From: Terracidiphilus sp.
GTDB taxonomy: Bacteria > Acidobacteriota > Terriglobia > Terriglobales > Acidobacteriaceae
Assembly (NCBI GenBank): GCA_049512795.1
Contig: JBEKWT010000001.1
Coordinates: forward strand, 892-64,891
Length of the DNA: 64,000 nt
Direction of reading: 5' to 3'
The notes beneath the pieces are model-generated. The model made no database searches. It had not been told where the DNA came from and saw nothing but the letters and a program-made list of their open reading frames with translations. Shown here piece after piece: positions 28,446-38,824 of the stretch. A program made the translations under genes and the position numbers. The first letter of the stretch is position 1, and the number at the start of each line of letters is the position of its first letter.

Positions 28446-30380
28446 CTACGGATGTGCTCGTGGCTCTGGATTGCCGGCCGCACTCTTTTCTGCGCATGGT
28501 TTTTCACCGCATAGCTCGCCGGTAATGCCCTTGGCTTCAGTAATGGTGTAAATTCGATCCACGGCGGGAAGCAGTGCCTTCTCCACTGCGCCTGAGGGCC
28601 AGTGAATCTCTACCCCATCGACCTTGGCTGTATCTCCCAGACCAAAGTGAACGCGCATATCGTTCGAGGAGAGATAACTGCCACCGCTCAGTACGTCTCC
28701 GCGTTGGCGGATTCCGCCGGAAGTGAGGTAGACCGTCGTTCCAACCGCATCGCGAGGGCTTTTGGACGCGCCGATCAGTTTCAGTTCGACCCAGTGATGG
28801 TGGTCTGGATTCACATTGCGCAGCAGCACTGGGACTCCGTCCATGTCGTTTATGATCACGTCGATCTTGCCGTCGTTAAAGAGGTCGCCGAAGGCGGCGC
28901 CCCGACCCACGGTCACCACGGCGAGGCCGGTTCCTTCAACGGCAGGGACCAGTTCGAACTTGCCGTTCTTCAGGTTGTGGTAGAGCAGCGGGCGCTGGGC
29001 ATAGCTTTGACCCCATTCCGGGTGCTGGTCCACTTGCGGATAGACGTGGCCATTGATAATCAGCAGATCCTTCCATCCGTCGTTGTCGTAATCGAGAAAT
29101 CCATCCGCAAAACCAACAAACGGTATGGAGGATTCGGCAATCCCGGCAAGATAGCTGACGTCCGTGAATAACCCCGTCCCGTCGTTTTGGAAAAGCACAT
29201 TGTAATCGTCGGCAAAAACCGTATTCACGACGGAAAGGTGTCCATTGTTCTCATAGTCTCCAACCGCTATGCCCATATTGGACACTTCCCGGCCGTCCGC
29301 ATTGAGAGCATAGCCGCTCATGTAACTGTCGTCCTCGAATGTTCCGTCGCCCTTGTTTATGTAGAGGTAGTTGGGCGTTGAGTCATTCGCGACCAGCAGG
29401 TCGGGCTTGCCGTCGTTGTTGACATCGGCAAACAGAGCGCCGAGACCATAGTACCCGTTGGGATTGTCCACTCCGAGTTTCTTGCTCACGTCGGTGAAGG
29501 TGCCATCGCCATTGCTGTGAAAGAGATGGTCATGCTCGCCCGCCAGACCGCGGGGTCCGCACATCACCGGCACGCCGCGAAATTGGCAGTAAGTATAACC
29601 GGCTGCTTTGCTGCCGGAAACCGGGGGATTAGCGAGATCCATCTGGACGTACCCGGCCACGAAAAGGTCCAGGTGCCCATCGCCGTCATAGTCTCCGAAG
29701 GTTGCACCCGTGGACCACACCTTCTCCTGTCCGGTATCAACAGTGACGCCGGCCTTTTCAGCCATATCCGTAAAGGTTCCGTCGTGGTTGTTACGGTACA
29801 AGCGGTTTCCCCCGTAGTTGGTCACGTAAAGATCCGGCCAACCGTCATTATCGTAATCGCCAACTGCACAGCCGTAACCCCAGCGGTCGTTGGCTACGCC
29901 GGCCGATTGCGTCACGTCGGTGAACGTTCCGTCGCGGTTGTTATGGAAAAGAGCCGCATGCGGCGGAGTGGCTCTGCCGGCAAGAGCATCGTAGGTTGAG
30001 CCATTGACGAGGTAGATGTCCAACCAGCCGTCATTGTCATAGTCGAGCAGACAGACCCCCGGACCCTTGGCCTCGAGAATGAGGTGCTTGTCAGGCGTGC
30101 CCGCAATGTGACGCCAGGTTGTAAGCCCGGCAGCCGCGGCAATATCCTGAAAGATGACCGGGCCGGTCTTGACAAAGCCGCCGGCGGTGATCGGGCGGTG
30201 CTGGCTGTCGAAGTCGGCCGCTTTAGGGGCGCCACTCGCCATCCCGCCGTTGGACCGTTGCATCGGCTCACCCGGGGAACCGGCGCTCGATTGCGGGATG
30301 GCGTTACCGGTGACCGCCGGTTCTTGCGCACATAATCCGGATGCTGCCGTCAAGACAAGAACCAGAAGAAAAACGATCAT
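28446..30380 (-). CDS. CRTAC1/ASPIC-UnbV family protein with FG-GAP repeats
   Basis: Repeated DYDNDGWxDLY / NxDGTFTDV; C-terminal GGSYLSSND.RVHFGLG, IHWPSG. Confidence 0.9.
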   Translation of the reverse strand: MIVFLLVLVLTAASGLCAQEPAVTGNAIPQSSAGSPGEPMQRSNGGMASGAPKAADFDSQHRPITAGGFVKTGPVIFQDIAAAAGLTTWRHIAGTPDKHLILEAKGPGVCLLDYDNDGWLDIYLVNGSTYDALAGRATPPHAALFHNNRDGTFTDVTQSAGVANDRWGYGCAVGDYDNDGWPDLYVTNYGGNRLYRNNHDGTFTDMAEKAGVTVDTGQEKVWSTGATFGDYDGDGHLDLFVAGYVQMDLANPPVSGSKAAGYTYCQFRGVPVMCGPRGLAGEHDHLFHSNGDGTFTDVSKKLGVDNPNGYYGLGALFADVNNDGKPDLLVANDSTPNYLYINKGDGTFEDDSYMSGYALNADGREVSNMGIAVGDYENNGHLSVVNTVFADDYNVLFQNDGTGLFTDVSYLAGIAESSIPFVGFADGFLDYDNDGWKDLLIINGHVYPQVDQHPEWGQSYAQRPLLYHNLKNGKFELVPAVEGTGLAVVTVGRGAAFGDLFNDGKIDVIINDMDGVPVLLRNVNPDHHHWVELKLIGASKSPRDAVGTTVYLTSGGIRQRGDVLSGGSYLSSNDMRVHFGLGDTAKVDGVEIHWPSGAVEKALLPAVDRIYTITEAKGITGELCGEKPCAEKSAAGNPEPRAHP

Positions 30381-30395
30381 ATGGATTGGCCCTTG

Positions 30396-32117
30396 TCATT
30401 GTATATACGGCCAGCCATCGGAAGTAAACGCGAGGCGATTGATGCCCAGCGTCGGCGTTCCATTGTTGTTGCCGTCGTAGTAGTGGTAGACGATCGTGGG
30501 CAATGACTCGGAGCCGTTGCTGCCTGTATCGGTAAAGACGCTGGCTCCGCCCGGCCCATACACGTTGCTGTGCGAGCTGATCAGAATCGTGCCTCCGCCG
30601 GAAGCCAGCGCCACGCCGCCGCGGTCGGCAAAAGGTCCATCCGGCGAGGTGGAACGGCCCACAATCTCGCGGTACGTGCTGGAGGTTCCATTGCAGCAAA
30701 CGTTGATCGGCGCGAAGTAATAGTAGTACTGCGTGCCGTTGAATACCCAGGGATAAATGAATGGACCCTCTTCCCCGGCCGAGCGATAAGCCACCTTGGT
30801 CCAGGTGCTGGTGTTGCTCGAGACTGCAAGGCCGATCGTCGCATTGGAAGTCGCAGTTGACGGAGTCTGTAGTTGCAGCACGCGGATGCCATCCGAAAAG
30901 GAGCCGTAAACCAGCCACCAATTCCCAGCGGCATCTTCGAATGGAGCCGGGTCGATGGCGTTCCAGGTCGTGCCCGCGGCAAAGCCCCATGGGTTGGGAG
31001 AGGGGACGGGACTGGTAGTTCCAGACCACGAAGTGACAACGTAACCCTCGTCCGTCCACGGGCCAGTGGGAGTGTTGCTGGTTGCCAGGCCAATCACCGC
31101 TTGTGCTCCGGTAGAAGGCTGGTAGGGAATTGCGTAGTACTGGTAATAAGTGCCGTTCGCTAAGAGCAAACTGGGTGCCCATACGTCAATATTCTTGCCG
31201 TTGTTGTCAGCAGGCGGAGTCTGCAGACCGGTCCAGGAAGTGAAGTCGGGCCCGATGATCGGGCAGTGATTGTCGTCGATCAGCCAATAGGTTCCTTCGG
31301 CTTGGGTGCAAGCCCCATCGGCCGTTGAAAGGGTCGTATCCGTGAAGGTGCTGAGGTCGGTGGAATAAGCCAACGTTTGGTGGGTGCCATAGAGCCAGTA
31401 GATGTGTGTCGATGGGTCCTGAAGCATGTAGGGATCATGTACATAGATGCCGGTCCCGGTCACAGTCATCGGCGCGGGGTAGGCCGCTGTGCCGGTCGAG
31501 GTCAGCTTCCATTCCTGGCAGGTGCATCCCGTTCCGCTTGTGGCTCGCGCGCCCTGGTCGATGGTGGCAGATTCTGTCGTGCCCGAATTGGCGTCTTCGA
31601 GGAAATAGCCGCTGTTCGCGTTCTTGATCAGATAGTTTCCATCGCTGAGCAGATAGAACTGCCATAAGTGGTCATTGGTGCCGTTGTCGGCCCATTGCAG
31701 CACCTGCGCCCCGGTTGAGATGGAAGAATTTTCTATGCCCAATACTTGGTGGGTGAGCATGTTCTCAACGTTATATACGTCCTCGTTCATGGGCATAAAG
31801 TGCCAGTCGATGTCAGGTGTGGTCGTGCTGGTGGGCTCCTGCACAACATTCGTGCCAGCGATCTGATTTTGCCCCGAGATGCCGAGCACCATGCCGCTGG
31901 CGCCATTCGTCAGCGTGTAGGTGTTTGTGTCGCTTACCGCTGCCAGCGTGCCCATGTCGGGCGTGCCTCCCCCGCCCCCGCCGCCGGAAGTCGATCCGCC
32001 GCCTCCACAGCCGCTGAACGCGACTCCCGCCGCAAACGCAAATCCAAGCCAGACTCGGGCACGCACTGCGATCGCGCGCTGAAGAGATTGATTTGGCCGG
32101 ATCATGAGACTCGTCAT
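30396..32117 (-). CDS. Probable lipoprotein: ricin-B lectin domain + GH43 (arabinanase-like)
   Basis: FSGC lipobox-like site and Gly linker; ricin-type repeats (VLQWADNGTNDHLW); VHDP, WAPS, NAIDP, EEGP. Confidence 0.85.
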   Translation of the reverse strand: MTSLMIRPNQSLQRAIAVRARVWLGFAFAAGVAFSGCGGGGSTSGGGGGGGTPDMGTLAAVSDTNTYTLTNGASGMVLGISGQNQIAGTNVVQEPTSTTTPDIDWHFMPMNEDVYNVENMLTHQVLGIENSSISTGAQVLQWADNGTNDHLWQFYLLSDGNYLIKNANSGYFLEDANSGTTESATIDQGARATSGTGCTCQEWKLTSTGTAAYPAPMTVTGTGIYVHDPYMLQDPSTHIYWLYGTHQTLAYSTDLSTFTDTTLSTADGACTQAEGTYWLIDDNHCPIIGPDFTSWTGLQTPPADNNGKNIDVWAPSLLLANGTYYQYYAIPYQPSTGAQAVIGLATSNTPTGPWTDEGYVVTSWSGTTSPVPSPNPWGFAAGTTWNAIDPAPFEDAAGNWWLVYGSFSDGIRVLQLQTPSTATSNATIGLAVSSNTSTWTKVAYRSAGEEGPFIYPWVFNGTQYYYYFAPINVCCNGTSSTYREIVGRSTSPDGPFADRGGVALASGGGTILISSHSNVYGPGGASVFTDTGSNGSESLPTIVYHYYDGNNNGTPTLGINRLAFTSDGWPYIQ

Positions 32118-33160
32118 TTGGATTCCCCGGTAATTCCGAGCGCGGCATGTGGCCAGTCGTTCTGCCAGGTAAGAGTTGAGATTTGAAGTGCAGGCTTGCC
32201 GGTGACTGCGTCGTAGGCGTGGAAAACGATAACATCTCCCTCGGGCCGCTGCAGGATTGACTCTCCACCGGGGCCGAGCCAGCGGCCGTTGGCCACTAGC
32301 AATTGCGTGCCCCCTCCCTCAAGCATGGCCTTCCCGCCGGCATCCACATAAGGCCCCGTGACCTGGCGCGAGCGTCCGACCATGGTTCGATAGTTGCTTT
32401 TGGTGCCGCGGCAGCACAGATCGAAGGACACGAAGAGATAGTAAAAATCCCCATGGTGCACAACAAATGGCGCCTCGATGGCTTGCCAGTCGGCCGGCAG
32501 ACCAGGCTTGGGAGGGTCAGGATCCGCGGGCATGACGCGGGCCGCGAGGGAGTATATCGTCGGATCGGCGGCGGGCGGCTTGCCCGTCGCAGGATCGATT
32601 CGGCGCATCTTGATGCCTCCCCAGAAGCTTCCGAAACTTAGCCAGGGCTGCCCGTTTTCGTCGAGAACAATATTTGGATCGATGGCATTGAAATTGTCAT
32701 CGCGTGTCGACTTCAGGACCAGGCCCTCATCCTGCCAATGGTAATTCGGATTTTCGGGGTCCAGCGTCTCATTGGTTGCCAAAGCAATGCCGGAGGTATT
32801 TACACCAAAGGCCGAGTAGGCGTAGTAGAGATGATATTTTCCCTGAAAGTAGGAAATGTCGGGCGCCCACAACTCCTTTGTGGTGGGGCTCGCCTCATGA
32901 ATCCAAGCAGGAATGCTGGGGAATACGTGGCCGCACAGCTTCCATTGAAGCAGATCGTGAGAGCAGCGCATGGGCATCTGGCCTTCGGCCGCGTTAGAGG
33001 TTGTGGCGAAGACATAGTAAGTATCGCCCTCGCGGGCGATGGAGGGATCGTGAGTGACGGGATAGTCTCCGCTTAGTTGCAGCGCGTGAGGCTCCTGGCA
33101 TTCGACCTGTGACGCGAGGATTGTGGTGAGCGCGGCAAGTAACAGGAATGTAGAACGCAC
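32114..33160 (-). CDS. GH43 endo-1,5-alpha-L-arabinanase
   Basis: THDPSI, WAPDI, NAIDPN, SFGSFWGGIK, IEAPF, SFDLCCRG. Confidence 0.9.
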   Translation of the reverse strand: MRSTFLLLAALTTILASQVECQEPHALQLSGDYPVTHDPSIAREGDTYYVFATTSNAAEGQMPMRCSHDLLQWKLCGHVFPSIPAWIHEASPTTKELWAPDISYFQGKYHLYYAYSAFGVNTSGIALATNETLDPENPNYHWQDEGLVLKSTRDDNFNAIDPNIVLDENGQPWLSFGSFWGGIKMRRIDPATGKPPAADPTIYSLAARVMPADPDPPKPGLPADWQAIEAPFVVHHGDFYYLFVSFDLCCRGTKSNYRTMVGRSRQVTGPYVDAGGKAMLEGGGTQLLVANGRWLGPGGESILQRPEGDVIVFHAYDAVTGKPALQISTLTWQNDWPHAALGITGESK

Positions 33161-33229
33161 GACAACTCTCCTCTATGGTGAAGGGGACTTATGCCCCTGA
33201 TCGGTGAATCTGGTGCGATGGACCGGAAA

Positions 33230-33264
33230 GGCGCGGCGCCCGAAATGCTTCCGGGGGCCGCGCC
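33230..33264 (-). terminator. Intergenic stem-loop after the TonB receptor (terminator or mRNA stabiliser)
   Basis: GGCGCGGCGCCCG...CGGGGGCCGCGCC, followed by TTT on the minus strand. Confidence 0.5.
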
Positions 33265-33313
33265 CAAATTAAATAGACCTTTGGACGATAAAAGCGCGCC
33301 CGAAGAGCAGAAG

Positions 33314-36300
33314 TTAATAAGTGACCCTCAACTCGAACTGCACATTTCTCGGCCCGAGTTGCAAACCGCCGATCTGGCCGACGTTGTTCACGCCGGAGTT
33401 CAAATTGGAGACTGGCCGGGCGAAGATATGGCGGTTGAAGGCATCGAACATCTGGCCGCGGAAATCCACCTTAATTCGTTCGTTGATGGGAAACAGCTTT
33501 GAGATGCCGAAGTCTTCGTCGTTGTAGCCGAGCCATCGGATGTCGGCCGAATTGCGAGGCATGGTGCCGAATTGCCACGGATTGCCTTCGCCTGAGGCCC
33601 CGACTCCGTTGGGATCGCGGTTGGTGAACAGGTTGGGATCATAGAACGCAGCGCAGTTGAAGTAGCCCGTTGCGCAGGCCGTAGCGTTGGAGGTTGAGTT
33701 GAAGTTCAGCGGGCTGGTGTAGTTCTTGTTCTTCACCGACTGCCCTGCAACGCGATCGAAGCGAACGCTGGAGTTCTTGCCGGGAATGCCGGTGGCGCCG
33801 AAGATGCTGATTGGCTGACCGCCCTGGTAGTGCTGAATGCCGCTTACGCTCCAGTGCGAAATCAATGCACTCACAAAGCCGGTCGTGCTGCCTGCGAAGT
33901 GCTTCCCACTGCCGACAGGCAGTTCATAGATGTAGCTGACTACGAAGTTGTTGGGAACGTCCTCACTGCTGACAGCCTTTTCAGCGCGGAGGTTTTCAGG
34001 ATCCTGCACCGCGCCGCCGTTTTGCAGCGTGCTCCAGTAAGGCTGAATCACATCGGCGTCGGTGAGCGTCTTGGAGAAGGTGTACGAGGCCAGGATGTTC
34101 AGGCCGTTGTGGAAGCGTCGCTCCACCTTAGCTTCGAGCGCTTCGTAAGTGGACTGACCGAGATTCTGCAGGTAGCTATCCATGTTGATGTATTGAATCT
34201 GCGGGAAGGGACGCAGAGCTTGCGATATTGGCTCGTTGATCGGCCATGTGCAGCCTGCGGCGCAACTGAAGTTGGAGTAGGGCTCAATGGAGTTCACACC
34301 GAATCCGCCTTCGGCGTTGGGAGGATAATAAGCCCACCAGTTCAGCCAATCGCCCAGTGCCATGTCCTTGTCCGGCATGTCATTCAGGAAGTCGAGCATG
34401 CCATGCAGGTGAGTAGCGTGCATGCCCAGATAGCCCACCGTGATAAAGAGATTGGGGTCGATTTGATATTGCGTTTCAAGAGCCCAGTTCTCAACCATCC
34501 CGGGGCGTCCGTTGCTTTTCGCCACATAATCCGCAGTGAGGGTGGTGCCATCCAGTTGATTGGGGCTGAGGTCGGGCGAAGTGGACAATGCGGCCAGGCC
34601 GCTGTCGAGCGGCACGCCATCCAGGGGATCGGTCGTGTACAGATTTCCCTGGACGGTGAATCCCTGGACCGTTCCCTGACCGTAGTCGGCATAAACCAGC
34701 GGACCGTAGTAGATTCCGCTGCTGCCGCGAATCACCAACTTGTTGGAAAAAATGCCCGGCTCCCAGGCAAAGCCGACACGTGGTTCAAAGTCCTTCTTGA
34801 AGACGCTGCCCCAAGTCTCGTTCTTGCTTCCGTTGCGTCCCGCGCCCCTGCCGGCGAAGACGAGAGCGCCCAGCGCCTGGGGCAACGTGCCACCGATGGT
34901 CGCCGCGTCGACAAGCGTCGGATCCCAAATCGCGGTGTCGCCGAGCGCTTCACGACGTGGCGTGTCGTAGCTCCAGCGCAAGCCGATATTCGCCGTCAGG
35001 TTCGGCTTGATTTTCCATGTATCTCCGCCAAAGATCGCCCCATAATGGGTGATCCAGCGCGGATCATGCAGATCGTTGAGGTTGCTCGCCGCCCCGGTTT
35101 CGCCGATCAGGAAGGCGCCGAAGGCGTTGCCGTCCTGTCCCCAGAAGTCTTCGTCCGAAGCCGTCTGGTTGGGCCAGAACTGCAGGCAACCCGCGTTGCC
35201 TGAGCAGGTGCCGCCGATTTTGCTGACCCACGAATACTGGTGATACTGGGCCTCGCCGCCGAATGTGAAGCTGTGCGCGCCGCGCTGCCAGTGAACAATG
35301 TCGCTGAGCGCAACTACGTTGTCGGTGTCCGTCGAGTCTTCCTGTTGACCCAATTGGGGGAAGGTGTTGCCGTTAAATTGGAAGACCGGGAAATCGTTGC
35401 TGAATCCGTTGATGATGCCCAGCTTCTGATCCCAGTCCGTTCCCAACTGCGAGGCTTTGGATTTGTTGATGTTATTCGAGCGGTTGCCGCCCACAGTCAG
35501 TGAATTGACCAATGTCGGGGTGAGAATCCAGTCCCAGCCCACGCGGGTGAGTTTCCCTAACTGATTGACCGTGCCGCAGCAGGTTTGAATGGGCACCGGC
35601 ATATTGGAGTTGCCGCCCGAGTCAGTGTTTTCGCGCGAGTTGAAGAATGCCCAGATCTTGTGCTTGGCGCCGAGATTCTGGTCGAACCGGATACTGTATG
35701 CGGTGTTGGTGACGTGGCCTATGCTGCGATAGGCATAGTTGTAGGAGCTGTTTCCCGATACCTCCTCATCCGCCAGCGGCATCAGATACGTGCTCACGAT
35801 GTTCTTGGCGACCGAGCTGGCGCGGGTGATCGGAATCTTGTTGGTCGGGGAGCCTGAAACCGTATAGTGACCCGGAGTGCCGGTGACGGTTTGCCCGAAT
35901 CCGGCATAACGGCAGGGAACAGTCGTGTTGTCATACTGCGGGTCCATGATTTCGCCCGGATACACGGTCTCACCGCAAGGAGAAGTCCCGAGCGGTGTTG
36001 TCCCAAGCAGAGCCGAGAAGTCGAAATCCTGGCCGTCGGCCCCCAACTCGGCCGGGGTGGGCAACTGGCTGGTGATCGTGCCGCCATAGGTCTGGCGCCA
36101 CTGCTCCCAGTTGAAGAAGAAAAAGCTCTTGTTCCTCCCGTTATAGAGGCCGGGAATGCGAATGGGGCCACCGAGATTGCCGCCGTAGTCGTTCTTGGAG
36201 TCGGCCGGACGCTTATATTCTTGTTGTGCGGCTTTTGTGTCTCCCTGCTGGGCGATATAGCCGTTGTTGAACCAACCGTTGGCGTCGAATCCAGCGTTCT

Positions 36301-37132
36301 TGTAGAACTCGTAAACCGTGCCGTGGTAGTCGTTGGTGCCGCCTCTGGTGTTGAAGTTGGCCAGGCCGCCGGTGGTCCTGCCTTCATCAATGGGCAGGCT
36401 GGCGATGCTCACTTGGAATTCATTGACCGCATCCACTGACGGCGACAGGATGCCGAAGCTGCCGGAGCCGTTCTCCTGGCGGTTGGTGGTAATGCCGTCG
36501 ACCAGGAAGTCGGTTCCCATCTCTTGACCGCCATCGATCTTGATCGGATCAGTGCCGGCGGTGGCAACGCCCACGGACACAATGCCGGGCACCAGGGTTT
36601 CCAGGGTTTCCAGCGAACGCCAGCCGCCCACCGTCAAGGGGAGCTGATTTACCTGCTCGGGCTGAATGGAGTCGTCGATCGTCGAGGTATCCGATTCGAG
36701 GGTTTGGGAGCCGGCCGCCACGCTCACCGTTTCAGATGCCGCACCGATTGCGAGGCTGATGTCTTGCGCGCTGTTGGCGCCGACCGAGACTACAACTCCG
36801 TGGCGAATCGCCGTCTTGAATCCTGCCGCGACTACCGAAAGATCGTACCTTCCGGTGTGAACGGAGGGGAATGTGTAATAGCCGGTGGATGAGCTGAGTG
36901 TCGAGTAGGCGGTTCCCGTATCTACGCCACTTATGCTCACGCTTGCCCCCGCAACCACCCTGCCTGCTGGATCGAGGATGGTTCCGGCGATGGAGCCCGT
37001 ATCGAGCTGGGCCAAGGCCGGAGCGGCGAATCCAAAAAGCATGACAAGGCACGCCAGCCATGCTCCCAGCGACGCGAATCCGCGCTTTACTGCCCAAGCG
37101 TACTCTGTAGTGCGCATCGAAATTGCCGTCAT
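33314..37132 (-). CDS. TonB-dependent receptor (Oar-like)
   Basis: Signal peptide, GSIAGTILDPAG, TRGGTNDYHG, YGGNLGGP, C-terminal QFELRVTY. Start placed at MTAISM after AAGGAGG. Confidence 0.92.
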   Translation of the reverse strand: MTAISMRTTEYAWAVKRGFASLGAWLACLVMLFGFAAPALAQLDTGSIAGTILDPAGRVVAGASVSISGVDTGTAYSTLSSSTGYYTFPSVHTGRYDLSVVAAGFKTAIRHGVVVSVGANSAQDISLAIGAASETVSVAAGSQTLESDTSTIDDSIQPEQVNQLPLTVGGWRSLETLETLVPGIVSVGVATAGTDPIKIDGGQEMGTDFLVDGITTNRQENGSGSFGILSPSVDAVNEFQVSIASLPIDEGRTTGGLANFNTRGGTNDYHGTVYEFYKNAGFDANGWFNNGYIAQQGDTKAAQQEYKRPADSKNDYGGNLGGPIRIPGLYNGRNKSFFFFNWEQWRQTYGGTITSQLPTPAELGADGQDFDFSALLGTTPLGTSPCGETVYPGEIMDPQYDNTTVPCRYAGFGQTVTGTPGHYTVSGSPTNKIPITRASSVAKNIVSTYLMPLADEEVSGNSSYNYAYRSIGHVTNTAYSIRFDQNLGAKHKIWAFFNSRENTDSGGNSNMPVPIQTCCGTVNQLGKLTRVGWDWILTPTLVNSLTVGGNRSNNINKSKASQLGTDWDQKLGIINGFSNDFPVFQFNGNTFPQLGQQEDSTDTDNVVALSDIVHWQRGAHSFTFGGEAQYHQYSWVSKIGGTCSGNAGCLQFWPNQTASDEDFWGQDGNAFGAFLIGETGAASNLNDLHDPRWITHYGAIFGGDTWKIKPNLTANIGLRWSYDTPRREALGDTAIWDPTLVDAATIGGTLPQALGALVFAGRGAGRNGSKNETWGSVFKKDFEPRVGFAWEPGIFSNKLVIRGSSGIYYGPLVYADYGQGTVQGFTVQGNLYTTDPLDGVPLDSGLAALSTSPDLSPNQLDGTTLTADYVAKSNGRPGMVENWALETQYQIDPNLFITVGYLGMHATHLHGMLDFLNDMPDKDMALGDWLNWWAYYPPNAEGGFGVNSIEPYSNFSCAAGCTWPINEPISQALRPFPQIQYINMDSYLQNLGQSTYEALEAKVERRFHNGLNILASYTFSKTLTDADVIQPYWSTLQNGGAVQDPENLRAEKAVSSEDVPNNFVVSYIYELPVGSGKHFAGSTTGFVSALISHWSVSGIQHYQGGQPISIFGATGIPGKNSSVRFDRVAGQSVKNKNYTSPLNFNSTSNATACATGYFNCAAFYDPNLFTNRDPNGVGASGEGNPWQFGTMPRNSADIRWLGYNDEDFGISKLFPINERIKVDFRGQMFDAFNRHIFARPVSNLNSGVNNVGQIGGLQLGPRNVQFELRVTY

Positions 37133-37264
37133 TTCTGCCTCCTTAGCAAAACGGTTTCTTGTTTCCCGCGCTTCTTGAACCTTTCTCGCATGATGGCCGC
37201 TCTTTTGCCGCCCCACGGAGCGGCTTGAACCCGGCGCAGGCGGCTGCCGCACCAGGCAAATGAT

Positions 37265-38548
37265 TCATTTGGCCCCCGGCTCATCGGACATGGCAATCTT
37301 TTCCGGGTCCGCCACCGGGAGCTCCGTTCTCTTGCGGACAACCTGTGCATCGTAGCGGTCCTGCTGCGCCTTGCTCTGGGCTCTCATGCGCAGGAAGTTC
37401 TGCATTGCAGTTTGCGCATTCGGCGTGTCGTGCAGCTTGCGATAGAGCTGCGCCAACTTGTAATAAGAGCTCATAGCGCGGTTGTTGGTGGGATCGGCGG
37501 CGATCGCCAGTTCGAATTCGTGAATCGCATCCGGGTCTTGGCCCAGACTCATCAATCCGCTGGCGAGATAATAGTGCGCGTCGCTCAGTGAAGGGTCGGC
37601 CCGCAGTGCGTCGCGCAGAAGCTTGACGCCCTCCTCCGGGTTCTGGTTGAGAACCAGCAAACTGCCCAATTTGTACATGGAGGAATCAGCATACGGGTCG
37701 ATCCGCAGCTCCTCACGATAACTGTCGGTGGCCTTGTCGAGTTGCCCTATAACCCAGTACTGATCGGCCAGCTCTTCATGGAGTCCCGGCTGATGGGGCG
37801 CCATCTTCACCGCAACTTCGAACTCGAAAATCGCCTCCTGGTTGCGATAGGCTTGCGCATAAGCTTCGGCCAGAACCTGATGCACGCGCACGGAATCGTA
37901 ATTCAGCTTGAACATGGCGGCGTACGAGGCGTTCGCTACCAGAAAATAGGCATGCCCGCGATGATAGAGGATGTCCGCATCGGCAGGATCAAGCTCGTAG
38001 GCCTTATCGAGTGGAGCGATCGCACCTTGCGCATCGTTCTGAGCCAAGCGGCAAAGACCCAGCCACATGAACGCTTTAGCGCTATGGGGATCCAGCCGGG
38101 TTTCACGCAGCAGATCGTCGCCGGCTTCCTTGAAACGATTCTCGCGATAGGCGACGATGCCCAGAAACAGATTGGCACCGCGCAGGCCGGGCTTGAGACG
38201 CAGCGCCTTTTCGAGCGCGGCTCGTGCATCATCCAACTGACCCGCCTGCTGCAAGGCCAGGCCAAGATTGAAATACCCCTCGGCGAAACTAGGCATCTCC
38301 TGCGTGACCGTCGTGTACGCAGTTACAGCGGCGCTGAAGTTGCCCGAGGTCATCGCTTCGGCCCCCTGTTGCATCGCGCCCTGGACCGTCGCGGTTGGCA
38401 CGGGCGTTTGTGCCGGTGCCTGCAAACCTCCCAGAATGAGAGAACATAGCCCGCACCAGACCACCCAACCCAAGAGACAAGCTCGAATTGCGCCGTACGC
38501 CGCGCGTGGCCTGGCCAACTGCCGAGTGTGGGCTCTGAGGGGATCCAT
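37265..38548 (-). CDS. Secreted tetratricopeptide-repeat protein
   Basis: N-terminal hydrophobic segment; TPR units (EGYFNLGLAL, DAHYYLASGL). Confidence 0.85.
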   Translation of the reverse strand: MDPLRAHTRQLARPRAAYGAIRACLLGWVVWCGLCSLILGGLQAPAQTPVPTATVQGAMQQGAEAMTSGNFSAAVTAYTTVTQEMPSFAEGYFNLGLALQQAGQLDDARAALEKALRLKPGLRGANLFLGIVAYRENRFKEAGDDLLRETRLDPHSAKAFMWLGLCRLAQNDAQGAIAPLDKAYELDPADADILYHRGHAYFLVANASYAAMFKLNYDSVRVHQVLAEAYAQAYRNQEAIFEFEVAVKMAPHQPGLHEELADQYWVIGQLDKATDSYREELRIDPYADSSMYKLGSLLVLNQNPEEGVKLLRDALRADPSLSDAHYYLASGLMSLGQDPDAIHEFELAIAADPTNNRAMSSYYKLAQLYRKLHDTPNAQTAMQNFLRMRAQSKAQQDRYDAQVVRKRTELPVADPEKIAMSDEPGAK

Positions 38549-38570
38549 GCTTTCGTTCAGAATCTAAATC

Positions 38571-38584
38571 GGTAAACGTTTGCT
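38571..38584. promoter_or_regulatory. Possible LacI-type operator upstream of the TPR-TonB-GH43 operon
   Basis: GGTAAACGTTTGCT, a palindrome with an AAACGTTT core. Confidence 0.45.
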
Positions 38585-38824
38585 CAACCAGTAGACCCAG
38601 GCCTAAAGTTATTGGGACCGGGCAATCTGGAGAGCCGCAATATCCAACCGTGCGCCGCTCGGTTGAAGAGCGTGGCCATTCGAACACCGGAACCGTGGAT
38701 GTGCAATGCTATTAACGGTTAGTTGGGACGTTTGTTGCATATAAGCGGTTAATTTACATAACTTTATGCTGAGAGACTGTCAGGCCCTTTACCCCTCCGA
38801 GGAGATGTTACATGTGGTGGTATA

